Source: Podarcis filfolensis | Lineage: Eukaryota | Assembly: GCA_964270895.1 (NCBI GenBank) | Contig: OZ185441.1 | Direction: 5' to 3' (one strand) | Length of the DNA stretch: 64,000 nucleotides | Shown here: one piece after another, positions 23,779-35,437 of the stretch | Layout of the letters: every line of letters begins with the position of its first letter | Numbering within the stretch: position 1 is the stretch's first letter | Made by a program: the position numbers and the translations under genes | Notes under the pieces: model-generated | Told to the model about the DNA's origin: nothing | Database searches by the model: none | Seen by the model: only the letters and a program-made list of their open reading frames with translations

Positions 23779-23927
23779 AAGAGTGTCTTCGAAGCTACAA
23801 ACATGAGTCTGACCAAACTGCGGGAGGCAGTGGAAGACAGGAGTGCCTGGTGTGCTCTGGTCCATGGGGTCACGAAGAGTCGGACACGACTAAACGACTA
23901 AACAACAACAACAACAACCGCCCTTCA

Positions 23928-24276
23928 TCCAGAGATCGCAGGGTGGTTCACAACATAAAAGCACAAAATAAATAATAAAACAAAAACAAGCCAATAACCA
24001 TCTCCTCCCACAAACACCTTTAAAAGGCCATGTATTGTTTAATTAGCCAGAGGCCAAGGAGAAAGGGAATGACTTTGCCTGGTGCCTAAATAGATGTAAT
24101 GAAAGTGCCAGGCAAACCTACAGAAAAGACCTGTTCTCATGTTGCAGGCCTCTCATGTAGAGGGTAATAAATAAAGGCCTCAGATGATGATTGCAGAGTC
24201 TGGGTTTGTTCATATGGGACAAGGCAGTCCTTGAGGTATTGTGGTCCTGAGCTCTTTAAGGCTTTATAGGTCAAAT
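23928..24276 (-). mobile_element. L2 LINE 3' fragment; its tail continues at about 20795-20821, on the other side of the BovB
   Basis: ATACCG(T/C)CCTTCATCCAGAGATC..AGGGTGGTTCACA and AAGGCAGTCCTTGAGGTA..CTCTTTAAGGCTTTATAGGTCAAA are the reverse complement of an L2 end like that at 32090-32460. Confidence 0.65.
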
Positions 24277-25276
24277 TACAATATAATTTGAGACTATTAG
24301 GTATTTTTCAGAGGTGATGAAGAATGAACATTCAGAGTTGGCATGCTATATGACTCAGAGAAAATTTAGATCTGAAAACCATATATTAAAATCTGGAACC
24401 AGAAACATATATATTCAAGTTTGCAAAGATGTTTTAGATTATTGTAAGAATTTGATGTTTTTATTTGCTCTTTTTATTTTTATTTTTGCCAATATATCTA
24501 TTTAAGATAGAATCTGTAAACTAGATAATTTATTTTTACAGTTCCTGGCAGGTGAACTCTGTCCAAATTCTGTACAAAATACACTTTCGTTATGTTGTAG
24601 TTACAGATTTTTCCATGTTGTAAGCTGCCTTGAGCAAGTTCTGAACTGTGGAAAGGTGGCTTACAAATAAAATTATGTCTGTATGTATGTATGTATGTAT
24701 GTACTGTATGTACAGTATGTGTGTAAAAGAGGTGGGATCTAAATGTAAGAAAACATTTATTTTTAATTAATTCTGTGACTATGCAATGGTCCCAATCAGA
24801 ATTTCACCCCCAGCATTCACACTTACTATTTATAATGGGAGGATATAGGAAGCATAGTAGGGACAGAGGTTACAGCTTTCTCCCGCAGCATGCCGTAACC
24901 CAGATCCAGCTTAGGGCACTGTCAGCCATTTTTTTAAAAAACAGAACATCTGGTCCATGAGAACAGAGATGTGAATTCGTCCAAGCACAAGACTCACTCC
25001 TTCAAAGACTCAAAGCACAATCATTAAGAAGCAGTAACTTTATTTTATTGATTCCTAGTCTATATTCAGGCGTGACTTCAGACAAAATCCTTATGACTGA
25101 CCTCTTCACACGAATCAGGGCATGACAAACTTAGAATATTATTGATTTAGAACAAAATGTTATGAAGGCTTCACCACAAGCTTGGCTCTTTAGTTACTCA
25201 GAAAATCTATTGATGGCTCATTATCATCTTGCTACGCAAGAGCTGTATTCACAGCACAGGCATACTTTGGAAATAT

Positions 25277-26088
25277 TGCGGGTTTAGTTTCACTGGATAA
25301 ATCAGGTCCTCCCTTAAAGAAGGCACGTATTGTGGTGAGACCTGGAAAACCGACACCCTGTGTTGTGGGTGGGTACTATTGGTCAGCCACAACACCCGAT
25401 TGGTAGGTCCCTCAAAGCTGGGTACAATCTGGCCAATGGGACACAGTCCAAACGGTTCGAGGGACCTATTTATGCCCATGCACGTGACCCAGAGCTTCCT
25501 CTTTTGGCACGTGCATTCGGAACACCCGCCCACCTCTCCCTACTTTTAGGGCTTTTCGCTTGACCTTGCTATGCGGTCGTGTGTTGTCTGTCGTTGGGAC
25601 AGGGGCACGACAGGACTTTTCCCCGCTTGGCTAATTGGCTGTTGTCATTTGGGTTTCGCCTGCCGTGTAGCAAATCATCACAACTTGTAAGGTTGTGGAT
25701 AGGCTCTGGTTCAGGTGATAGGGATGGGAGAACGCTCTCGCCATCCCTATGTGAAGGGTATTCCATTAAAGGAATCCAGGGACTCAATGGTTTGGTCAAC
25801 CCTGAGAGGAGGTTGTGCCTGTGCCTGAGTCCAGGGGGACATTTGGGTGGCGGAGTTAGCCCGTTCCCAGCTTTCCACTTATCCAGGTGTTCACCCTTGG
25901 CTGACCTATGCTGCAACCCTGGGCCAGCACTACCTACATGGCAGGGAGCTAACCGAACCAGAGCCTATGCAACCAATCACTTTCTGTAATCAATAAAATT
26001 GTGGCCTAAATTCTGCCAAAAACCAAACCAAAATTCCGAGTCAAGTGTGAATTTATTTCAGGGAGAGGTTTCTGGGTCTGAACACGCA
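25277..26088 (+). mobile_element. 812-bp non-coding element related to the Ngaro terminal region
   Basis: TGCG...CGCA ends. Shares AAGGGTATTCCxTTAAAGGAATC (25754-25776 vs 17229-17251) and AATAAAxTTGTGGCCTAAATTxTGCC (25992-26017 vs 17453-17478). No clean TSD. Confidence 0.6.
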
Positions 26089-28030
26089 AAATGAAGATCA
26101 CAATAAAAGGAGTCACTTGTTTTTTGTGTTTCCAAGTGCATATAAAAGCTTTGTTTACATTATATTGTAGTCTATTAAACCAGACCCCTACCCCCTGGCT
26201 GCAGGGGCAGGAGTGGGAGAAACCGCCACCAGCTGTAACCAGCTCCACTCCCAAGCACAGAAGAGGGGCAGCGGCAGGTAGGTAAGCTGCCTGCAGCCAC
26301 ACCCTTATTCTTTTAAGGAGCAAGATCTGTGAAGCACAGTAAAGTGAATTGCAATAAAATGAGGTGTGCCTTACAATATTTTTCAAAAAAAAATAATATA
26401 GTATTTCAGAGTAAATAAAAATAAGCATTGATTGGGTAGGACTATATTTAATTACTTTTTTTAAAAAAAAGGCTCTGCTATGCTAAGAAATAAATCCCTG
26501 CAAAAATCTCTGCAAAGAAAATGTCCTTTAGGAGCCAAGTAAACTAAATGAGGCTCTGATGACGCAAATGGAAAAAAACCACACAAATATGCTTGGCGCT
26601 TTCTAGTGCATGGCAGATATTTTTCTAAATGCCAGTCTATAAACACTGGCGATCTAGATTCACGTCTCCTGAGTGATTAGTACAAATACTCTGGAAATGA
26701 TTCAGAAGGGAGAAAACCTGCACACGGAAAACCTGTGGTTCAGAAAAATGACAATAAAGGTCCCTAGAAGGCAAAGTATAAACAGTAACAAGACCCAGAA
26801 TATAAGAAAAAAAATAAATTTCAACAGCTCAGCCTTTGTAAGTTCTTCTTTTTTTTCAACTGTCCTTGGAAGGAGTGATAACATCCAAACTCCTTCCAAG
26901 GGCAACTGAAAAAAATTGACAGAACTGAAAAAGATTGAGCTGTCCAGACAGATTTTTTTCCCCAACTGGTATTCTGTCTTCTGTCTTGTATTTTCTTACA
27001 AACATTATTTGGCTTTGTTTTCACTGTATATTTATTGATGTAGCTTATGCCATATACACTAAGTACAATATAGTACCTTTCTTATATTTCAGGTCTTGTT
27101 ACTGTTCGTGCTTTGGCTTCTAGGGACACTTGTTTTTCTTTATCCTAAGGATTTGGTTCTGTGGAAACATAGGTTTACTTATAATGACAATGATAAGGAG
27201 AAACTTTTACAGGGGAAGTTTTTATTTGGTGCTGTTGGAAAGTGTGTGAATGACATTAATTGGCAAAATTGGGAAAAGTTAAAGAAAAAAACAGATTCAT
27301 GTGGATTTACATACTTCTATTCTTTCTTAATACTCTAAATCAGATAGAATCCCCAAAGGTTTAAGGTTTTTTTTTTAAGTCCAGGTTTATTTATCCAGGA
27401 AACGGAATTTAAAAACAAATGAATAAATCTTCTATGAATTTAATGTTACTAATTGAATGTTCTAATATAGAAATAGAAAATTTAGATTAAACTATCCAGA
27501 ACTGCAAAGCTAGTTTAGAATTTAACAGTATACAACAGTCTAATCAATGCACCACAACACCAATGCCACCAGCTTATGTAGACATAGAGTTGACAGGGTA
27601 GTAGTATTTAATGTTCTAACCTTTATCTGATAAGCATAGAAACAGGTCAAATAATTTCAAAAATGCCTTAGATTTAATATTTTTTCAAGCCTCAGAATTT
27701 TCTGCAGTAATTTCCACTTAATCTATTTTCTGCAGTCTCAAACAAACAGGTTTAATTTCCCAAAGAGTTAAGTATATAAACAAGAGCAGTCATGGTCTCA
27801 CTAAATAGTCATTAGTGGGTTGAAGTTGTTCTTCTTCAGGTCTGACCACTAGCAATATAGGTCAGCTGCATTACACATGCTTAAATGCTTCCATGAACCA
27901 CATACTATAATATCTACCCATTTGTCAAGAGGAACTGCTGTGCTTTGAGTAAATGTCAGAGAAATGGCATTTTCTCAACCAATAAAACCAATAAATTAAA
28001 TAATTATGCTGCTGGCTTTCCACATAATAT

Positions 28031-28034
<4 letters not shown>

Positions 28035-28082
<48 letters not shown>
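28035..28082. repeat. (CT)n microsatellite
   Basis: CT run with one interruption. Confidence 0.95.
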
Positions 28083-28232
28083 GAACTCACTGATAGATTT
28101 CTGTAGTTGGAGCTGAATTTAAAAGTATTTTGCCAAGTACAACTACATTCTTCTGAATTATTTTACTGGACATGATCCCACTTACTGAGACTTGGCCTGA
28201 TATGGCATTATCTAAGTAAATCTGCTACCACT

Positions 28233-28458
28233 TAGAATCATAGAATTGTAAAGTTGGAGGGAACCCAAGGGTGACCTATTATTCCAACCCCCTACAATGC
28301 AGGAATCACAACTAGATCATCCATGACAGGTTGCAATCCAATATCTGCTTAAAAACCTCTAATGAAGCAGAGTCATGGGAGTCTGTTCCACTGTCGAACA
28401 ACTCATACTGTCAGACAGTTCTCCCTGATATTTAGTTGGAACTTCCTTTCTTGTAACT
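28233..28458 (-). mobile_element. CR1 LINE 3' fragment
   Basis: AGAATCATAGAATTGTAAAGTTGGAGGG..TCTGTTCCACTGTCGAACAACTC..CTCCCTGATATTTAGTTGGAAC resembles the reverse complement of the CR1 end. Confidence 0.65.
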
Positions 28459-28459
28459 A

Positions 28460-29022
28460 GACGCATCAGAGTAGGACCGTATGGAGGTTAGAAAGTGCAG
28501 CAGGGTGTGCTCTGGTACACCTAGGGCTCACTGCAGTCGCTGAAATGTAGTGCTGCTGTCAATGAGCAGCAAGTAAGAGGATAGGGAGAAGAGGAACTGA
28601 TGGCAGCCACACTGAACAGCCAGTCTCCCTGATCCACTTCCTTGCCACCAAGTGACAACAACCATTAATGTCAATGGAACATAGGACATTTATATTCTAC
28701 CTCAGTATGAGCCACACTGTCAGGGACACGCTCAGCAGAGAGGAATCTCCAGAGGAAGAGGAATTGGCTGCACCTGAGTCACCAAGAAGTAGGAGGCGGA
28801 ACAAGCGATTAGAGCAGAGGCGGGCCAGCAGGAGGCGGGGAAGGACGTGGCATATATCTGGCCTTGGGAGAGGTCAGAAGCCAGTCAAGTCAACTGACTC
28901 CAATGGCGAAGGATGAGTTGTGGAAGCTTGGACTGCTGTAAGCCTGTTACTGAGAAATAAACCTCAGCTACTTAAACTGCCAGCATTCCATGTCTTGTGT
29001 GGGAGAAGCGCTAAACCTGACA
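28460..29022 (+). mobile_element. Purine-rich LTR-like repeat
   Basis: AATAAA at 28956-28961 and a ..CCTGACA end. Similar composition to the elements at 12484 and 22773. No TSD. Confidence 0.4.
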
Positions 29023-29029
29023 CACACTA

Positions 29030-29130
29030 ACTGGCGGCAGCTCTCCACAGTTTCAGAAAGGGGTATTCCTCACCCAAACCAGGATCTTCTGCATAAGAGA
29101 CAGATGCTCTACCACTGAACTACAGACCTT
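29030..29130 (-). mobile_element. Squam3-like SINE fragment
   Basis: CTGGCGGCAGCTCTCCACAGTTTCAG..AGATGCTCTACCACTGAACTAC. Confidence 0.5.
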
Positions 29131-29231
29131 CCCACAAGCAATACCTTCTGTTCATCCAGAGACCCAAAATTCCATAGTGAAGTGGCCATTTTCCTAAAAT
29201 CCTAGCTGGAATCTCAGAAGGAATTTTACTA

Positions 29232-29883
29232 CAGTGGTACTTTGGTTCTCAAACTTAATCCCTTCCCGGAAGTCTGTTCCAAAACCAAGGCGCGCTTTCC
29301 CATAGAAAGTAATGCAAAATGGATTAATCTGTTCCAGACTTTTAAAAACAACCCCTAAAACAGCAATTTAACATGAATTTTACTATCTTATGAGACCATT
29401 GATCCAAAAAATGAAAGCAATAAACAATGTACTGTACTAGAAAATAAATAAAACAGTATTGTAGATGATAAAAATTAAAATATTTTTTTCTTACCTGCAC
29501 TGATGACAGTCATTTTATTCATTTCTGCAGTCACACAATCAATCAATCAATCAGTAGCTGAACTGGGATCCACACAGTCACAAAAGTAAATTAAATGGAA
29601 ACGCCTCAAAACAAAAAATGCAGAATAAATAGCAAAAACAAAAGCACCAAATATAAGCTCCAAATATCACCTCAGAACACTGCAATCAGAAATGGAAGGC
29701 TTGAATTACAATGGGGGGGGCACACAAATTAGCAGTGCAACAGGAAACACAGGGGGACTCAAAACAGAGCAGGTTCAGCTTCCAAAAAAAAGTTCAAAAA
29801 GCAGAAAACCTACTTCCGGTTTTGTAGCGTTCAGGTTCCAAGTTGTTCATGAACTAAGCTGTTCGAAAACTGAGGTACCACTG
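29232..29883. mobile_element. Tc1/mariner (Tigger-like) non-autonomous element
   Basis: Terminal inverted repeats CAGTGGTAC and GTACCACTG with a TA on each side. Same terminal sequence as the MITE at 18998. Confidence 0.8.
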
Positions 29884-29908
29884 TATAAGGAACAGGGTCT
29901 TATGCTTA

Positions 29909-29997
29909 CATAACAACATAGAGCCCTGCTGGATCATGCCAAAGACTCGTCTAGTTCAGCAATTTTCACAATGGCCAATCAGAGACATGGGGAAGCC
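29909..29997 (-). mobile_element. CR1 3' UTR fragment
   Basis: CATAACAACATAGAGCCCTGCTGGATCA..CTAGTTCAGCA..CACAATGGCCAATCAGA resembles 295-350. Confidence 0.5.
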
Positions 29998-30017
29998 GAT
30001 GGACACAGAAGTTATTA

Positions 30018-30328
30018 CAGTATTTTTCCATGTATTAGATGAGGTTTTTTGACTAAAAAATTGTGTCAAAAAACTGAGGTCGTCCAATACATGGGTAGTG
30101 ACATGGGGGGAGAAGTGGCGCGCCCACCAGCCAGCCAGTTGGAGAGAGTGCAACTTCCCCCAATGCCGCAGTGAGAGGGAAACGATCTAGGGAGTGTTTC
30201 CTGCCCGAAGCTGCGTGGGGGGAGAAGCTCAACAGCTTTGGGCCATCTCCCCTCATTTTCTTAAAACTGAGTCCCCAAAAATAGGGGGGGTCTGATACAT
30301 GGGGGCTTCTTATAGACGGAAAAGTACG
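30018..30328. mobile_element. Tc1/mariner-type MITE
   Basis: Imperfect inverted ends CAGTATTTTTCCATGTATTAGA and TCTTATAGACGGAAAAGTACG. Confidence 0.5.
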
Positions 30329-31518
30329 ATATACTCCTGTGGCAAATATGCCATTTCAGCCTGAGGAGGCTATGAAAAGGAACTGACACCAAATAGCCTT
30401 TCAGCCTTCTGTTATGCCCACTGTGAGCAGCCTCCGAGTGGCAGCTTCATCTGTACCACAAGCCCATACTCAGTACTTAGTTCAATGTGTGATGACGCTT
30501 ACTCACTTCCCCAAAGTGCTTTGAGAGCCATGAATGAAAAGGTCAATATAAAGTGCTACATGCTATTAATTACTGTTATTATATCTGGCAGTACACCTCT
30601 TTATTTTTGACAGTCTGTCATTGAAAAGTTTTGTATGAATGCTCCAGATTAGATTAGAATGGCATACTGTATTGTTTTCCTTAATGTCAAAATACTTTTA
30701 ACAGCCTACACATTCCTTTGCTTTCTGCTAAAATGCCCAGAAAAATTGGCATGAATATGACAGCATTCATATTCATTTTAGTATTAGCAATAATAACATT
30801 AATAATTTGATTGTTCCAGTTTTGTTTTGTATTCTATTATTTATTTATTGTATGCTGTAAAGCCACTCTGGGAATCATAGTGGAAGTGTGGAGCGTAAAG
30901 AATTTGTTTTCAATCAGGACAGTATCAAAAAAACTGGAACAGTTTTGCTGCTCTGCATTTAAGCTATTATAACACAGACTTGTGTACACTGCAAATACTT
31001 CATGGTAGTAATCAACACATTTAAACAGAGATTAAATAGAGCATTAATACATTTTAGGGGATCTCAGCATGAGTCATCCACAGAAGGCTAAAAGTCCTCT
31101 GCTAAATACTATTTTCATTATTAGAGTGAATTAAGGTAATCTACAAGGTTACCATGGATCAATGTGACCAGACTATTCTCATCCAAGGCACTCCAAACCA
31201 TAAGAGTCACCTGTGATTCCAGCGACAACGATGGATCAAAAAGCAGCTCTAAGCTACAAACCTGTTCTTTGAAGGAGCATGCAGATATTCTTCAGGTGCA
31301 CAGGGTGGACCTAAGCCCCATTTTAAGATAGTAAGAAAAAGATTGTCATGCTGTCACTCAATGATGCCATCAGGGCAGACTTTAGGGCAGGATTCCAGGG
31401 CCCGACTCAGCAGAAGGAGAAGGTTTCTTCTGGTGGGTTATATCCACCTTATTAATCATTTTTGGCCATAATAAAGGGCCAAAAAATAAAGGGCCTCAAC
31501 AGCCCACTTGATCTGAAT

Positions 31519-32486
31519 GGTATGCATCAGTATGCAGATGACACCCAACTCTACCTCTCCTTTAAATCAGAACCAGTGAAGGCAGTGAAGGTCCTGTGTG
31601 AGTGCCTGGAGGCAGTTGGAGGATGGATGGTGGCTAACAGATTGAGGTTGAATCCTGACAAGACAGAAGTACTGTTTTTGGGGGACAGGGGGCAGGCAGG
31701 TGTGGGGGACTCCCTGGTCCTGAATGGGGTAACTGTGCCCCTGAAGGACCAGGTGCGCAGCATGGGAGTCATTTTGGACTCACAGCTATCCATGGAGGCG
31801 CAGGTTAATTCTGTGTCCAGGGCGGCTGTCTACCAGCTCCACCTGGTACGCAGGCTAAGACCCTACCTGCCCGCAGACTGTCTCGCCAGAGTGGTGCATG
31901 CTCTTAGTTATCTCCCACTTGGACTTCTGCAATGCGCTCTACATGGGGCTACCTTTGAAGGTGACCCAGAAACTGCAATTAATCCAGAATGCAGCAGCTA
32001 GACTGGTGACTGGGAATGGCCACCGAGACCACATAACACCGGTCCTGAGAGATCTGAATTGGCTCCGAATTCATTTCTGAGCACAATTCAAAGTGTTGAT
32101 GCTGACCTTTAAAGCCCTAAACGGCCTCGGTCCTGTATACCTGAAGGAGCGTCTCCACCCCCATTGTTCAGCCTGGACACTGAGATCCAGCGCCGAGGGC
32201 CTTCTGGCGGTTCCCTCACTGCGAGAAGTGAGGCTACAGGGAACCAGACAGAGGGCCTTCTTGGTAGTGGCGCCCACCCTGTGGAACACCCTCCCTTCAG
32301 ATGTGAAGGAAATAAGCAGCTATCCTATCTTTAAAAGACATCTGAAGGCAGCCCTGTTTAGGGAAGTTTTTAATATTTAATGCTGTACTGTTTTAAACAT
32401 TTGATTGGGAGCCGCCCAGAGTGGCTGGGGAGACTCAGCCAGATGGGCGGGGTATAAATAATAAATTAGTAGTAGTAGTAGTAGTA
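31519..32486 (+). mobile_element. L2 LINE, 5'-truncated (RT C-terminus and tail)
   Basis: HQYADDTQLYLSF..WMVANRLRLNPDKTEVL..HLDFCNALYMGLP..LQLIQNAAARLV. Ends GGGCGGGGTATAAATAATAAAT followed by a (TAG)n tail. One frameshift near 31900. Confidence 0.9.
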
Positions 32487-34524
32487 TCTTGTGTCCTCAA
32501 TTTTACTCTGGGTAATAAGTAAGCAGGAGAATATTAACAGCCAAATAGAATGAGATCTCTTGTTGGCAATGACTAGGTGATAATGACCAGCTCAAGAACC
32601 TTAAAAAAGGAGAACGTTTCCCTAGCAGTGACAGAAGCTTCTTTGGCTGACAAATCATAAGCCTTGGAAAGTAATATCTCTCTAATAACAAGGGGAGTTG
32701 GCTACCAATTTAGAATAGAACTGCTATACAACTGATATGGCAGAGTCAAGAAAATGCTTTGAACTTTTCCGTGATAGTTCTCAGTGGGGCGGGGGGGAAC
32801 CAATATTGACTTTTAAACTAAGAATTAATGCTCATTTGATCAAAGGCTCGTTGTTACCATGACAGCAGGCTAGAATCAAAGTTGATTCCTTTGGCTATTT
32901 CTGCTAAGAGTCAGAAGATGCCTTTCCAAAAGGGCACCACAGAAAATGTTTCTGATCAAACCAGGGCAAACCTCCACATGACCTGTTTACTCAGGATTCA
33001 TCCTGATTTGCTGGTATAAAGCATATTCAGAGGTTAAACTGTGTCCATTCTTTATTGAGCATTCATCATGATTTGTTTGCGGGGAGTTTTCATGACAATA
33101 TAAGCAGACATCCTGATTTCCTTGTGATGTGTTTATACATCTTCCCGTTAGTCAGTTGTGTATTCCCATTAGTCAGTTGTTTATCACTTTCCTATCTGAA
33201 TTAAGTCTGTGGAGTGTTTAAGTGGCTATGTTGTGCCAGAAAATCAAAGCATATTTATTCACTTTAATTGCACAGCTCTAAATTTCCAGTGTGTAATGTG
33301 TAATTGAATCCCTTCCACAAAATACTGATAGTCTGGAGGTGGGGCTGGTATTCCAAAAGTGGGAGAAAGGTCTATTTGCTTCCAGGCAAGTTACTATTGA
33401 CATTTTATAGCTATTGGGATAATAATGTTCTTCTATTAATTTTATAGCTATCAGGATAATAATGTTCTTCTATTATTTTTTCTCATTTGTTTCTGAGTAT
33501 CTTTCAGAAAACATTTCAGCTGAATGGCTTCTGAAAGTTAGATCTACTAAATCCCATATTTCATTTACTTCTGGTATTAATGGCAAAAGCTATTAAAATA
33601 CTGTATTCCCATATTATTTTTAATTTATTTATGTAGGGTATTTGTAGGCTGTTTTTTCCATTAAAAAGCACTCTCCCAACCAGAGAACAAGAAATTAAAA
33701 AGTATTTACAAACACGGCTAAAAACAATGAAATAAAAATAGAACTGAACAAACAGCAGGACAATAAAACACCCACAGACCAAGACACACAATAAAAACAG
33801 CAAAATCATTTCAGACATCAGTCTCATTGAGTTCAATGGAGTTTACTCCCAGATGAATCAAAATCAATAAAACTAATAATAATATTTGGATTAATAAAAA
33901 AAAAATCTTGACTTGGTGCAGAAAAAGCACAGGGGCAATCATAAAGCAATAAATTATGTTCTGTTGTACAAAGAACGTGAAAACATAAAATGCTATATAT
34001 CCAGAAATAACTTGAGATGCAAGAGAACAAAAATATGTACATGCTTGCATACAAACAGTTGCAAAAATAGCACATCTCCTGTGCTTGAAGCTGCTTGCAA
34101 CCAGTTACTGCGCAGAGATTAGCACATGCTGTTTCACAAAGCAATTCTGCAAGTATTACCTGTGACAGCCTGCCCAAATGTCTCACACTTCTTACAGCTG
34201 ATAGATTTGTTTATTTTATTTATTTTAAAATGCCCACCCCTCTTTTTGAGGAACTTCTTCCAGAAGGTGGCCTACAATCTTCAGTAAAATCCATCCCTTC
34301 TAAACAATAAAATATAAAATAATATATTCAGAAACTCGTTTTGAAAAAAACTTGCAGAATTACAGATGGTGGAAAATATTACCTGGGCCAATTGCCATAC
34401 TAGGCAATAGTTGCTTGTGAACCTAAATGTTGCCCTATTCACCTTTCTAAGCACATAGGAAACTGTCTCATACCAGGTCAGACAAGTTACCAATCTAGCC
34501 CAGGATGGGTAACATATTTTTGAC

Positions 34525-34662
34525 TAAGACCTGCAGAAAGTTCCAGGTTTTCTCCCTGGCATCTCCAGGTAGGGCTGGGAAAGTCTCTTGTCTGAAATGG
34601 AGCCACGTGGTGTAGATAATATCAAGCTAGATGGACCAATGTTCAGACTTCCTATGTTCCTA
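34525..34662 (+). mobile_element. Squam3-like SINE fragment
   Basis: CCCTGGCATCTCCAGGTAGGGCTGGGAAAG..AAGCTAGATGGACCAATG..CTTCCTATGTTCCTA. Confidence 0.55.
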
Positions 34663-35104
34663 AAATGGATTTGGCCTGAACAGCCCTACAAATAGAGTAC
34701 TATCCTCTGACAGCCTAGCCACTGTCAGTTAGAATGCCTCCACTCTAATCCTAACCCTTGCAGCATTCCACAATGGGGATACATATATTTTTGAAATCAG
34801 CTTCTTTCCCTGGAGAGGGCTTTGAGTTTGCCATGTTCAACTTGAAATGCACCAACAATCTGCAAAACTAGCATAGCCAAGATATCAAAAAGTGCATCTT
34901 ATTGTAAGCGTCAATGGTGGGGACCCATTTTTATTTTTAGAGTAATGGTTAGGCATTTTTTGGACATGCTTTGAATTAGAGGTCTCCTTTGGGGCATGAG
35001 ATTCCTTGAAACCTCACCAGTGCTGAGTTCCACTCAACAACGGAAGCAGGAAGATTCTACTTTTAACCAATCTCCCTGTGTAGTTATTAGCTAGATGTTC
35101 TTTA

Positions 35105-35437
35105 AAGGTAAAGGGACGTCCAGTCGTGGACGACTCTGGGGTTGCGGCGCTCATCTCGCTTTAGTGGCCAAGGGAGCCGGAGTACAGCTTCCAGGTCATG
35201 TGGGCAGCATGACTAAGCCACTTCTGGCGAACCAGAGCAGCTCACGGAAACGCTGTTTACCTTCCCGCTGGAGTGGTACCTATTTATCTACTTGCACTGC
35301 ATGCTTTTGAACTGCTAGGTTGGCAGGAGCAGGGACCAAGCAATGGGAGCTCACCCTGTTGCGGGGATTTGAACCACCGACCTTCTGATTGGCAAGCCTT
35401 AGGTTCTGTGGTTTAACCCACAGCGCCACCCGCATCC
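35105..35437 (-). mobile_element. Sauria SINE, full length
   Basis: Reverse complement of the 7294 element. 14-bp TSD CTAGATGTTCTTTA at 35091-35104 and 35438-35451. Confidence 0.9.

Larger units (their letters stand above)
20822..23916 (+). mobile_element. RTE-BovB LINE, 5'-complete, with nested LTR-like insertions and an internal RT deletion
   Basis: APE endonuclease (IGTWNVRTMN..SELKW..IQVYAPT..IIGDWNAKVG..NQIDYIL..SDH) and RT start up to 22772. BovB 3' end and (CAA)n tail at 23780-23916. 11-bp TSD with one mismatch: ACCGTCCTTCA (20811-20821) and ACCGCCCTTCA (23917-23927). Confidence 0.92.

Noticed and set aside
23490-23975. 161-aa and 103-aa ORFs across the LTR-like/BovB junction
   Set aside because: GC-rich repeat sequence joined to the BovB C-terminus by a deletion; not an independent gene.
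26700-27340. Possible old L1/Tx1 remnant (NWQNWEKLKKK-like peptide)
   Set aside because: Too degenerate, with no tail, TSD or clear domain motif.
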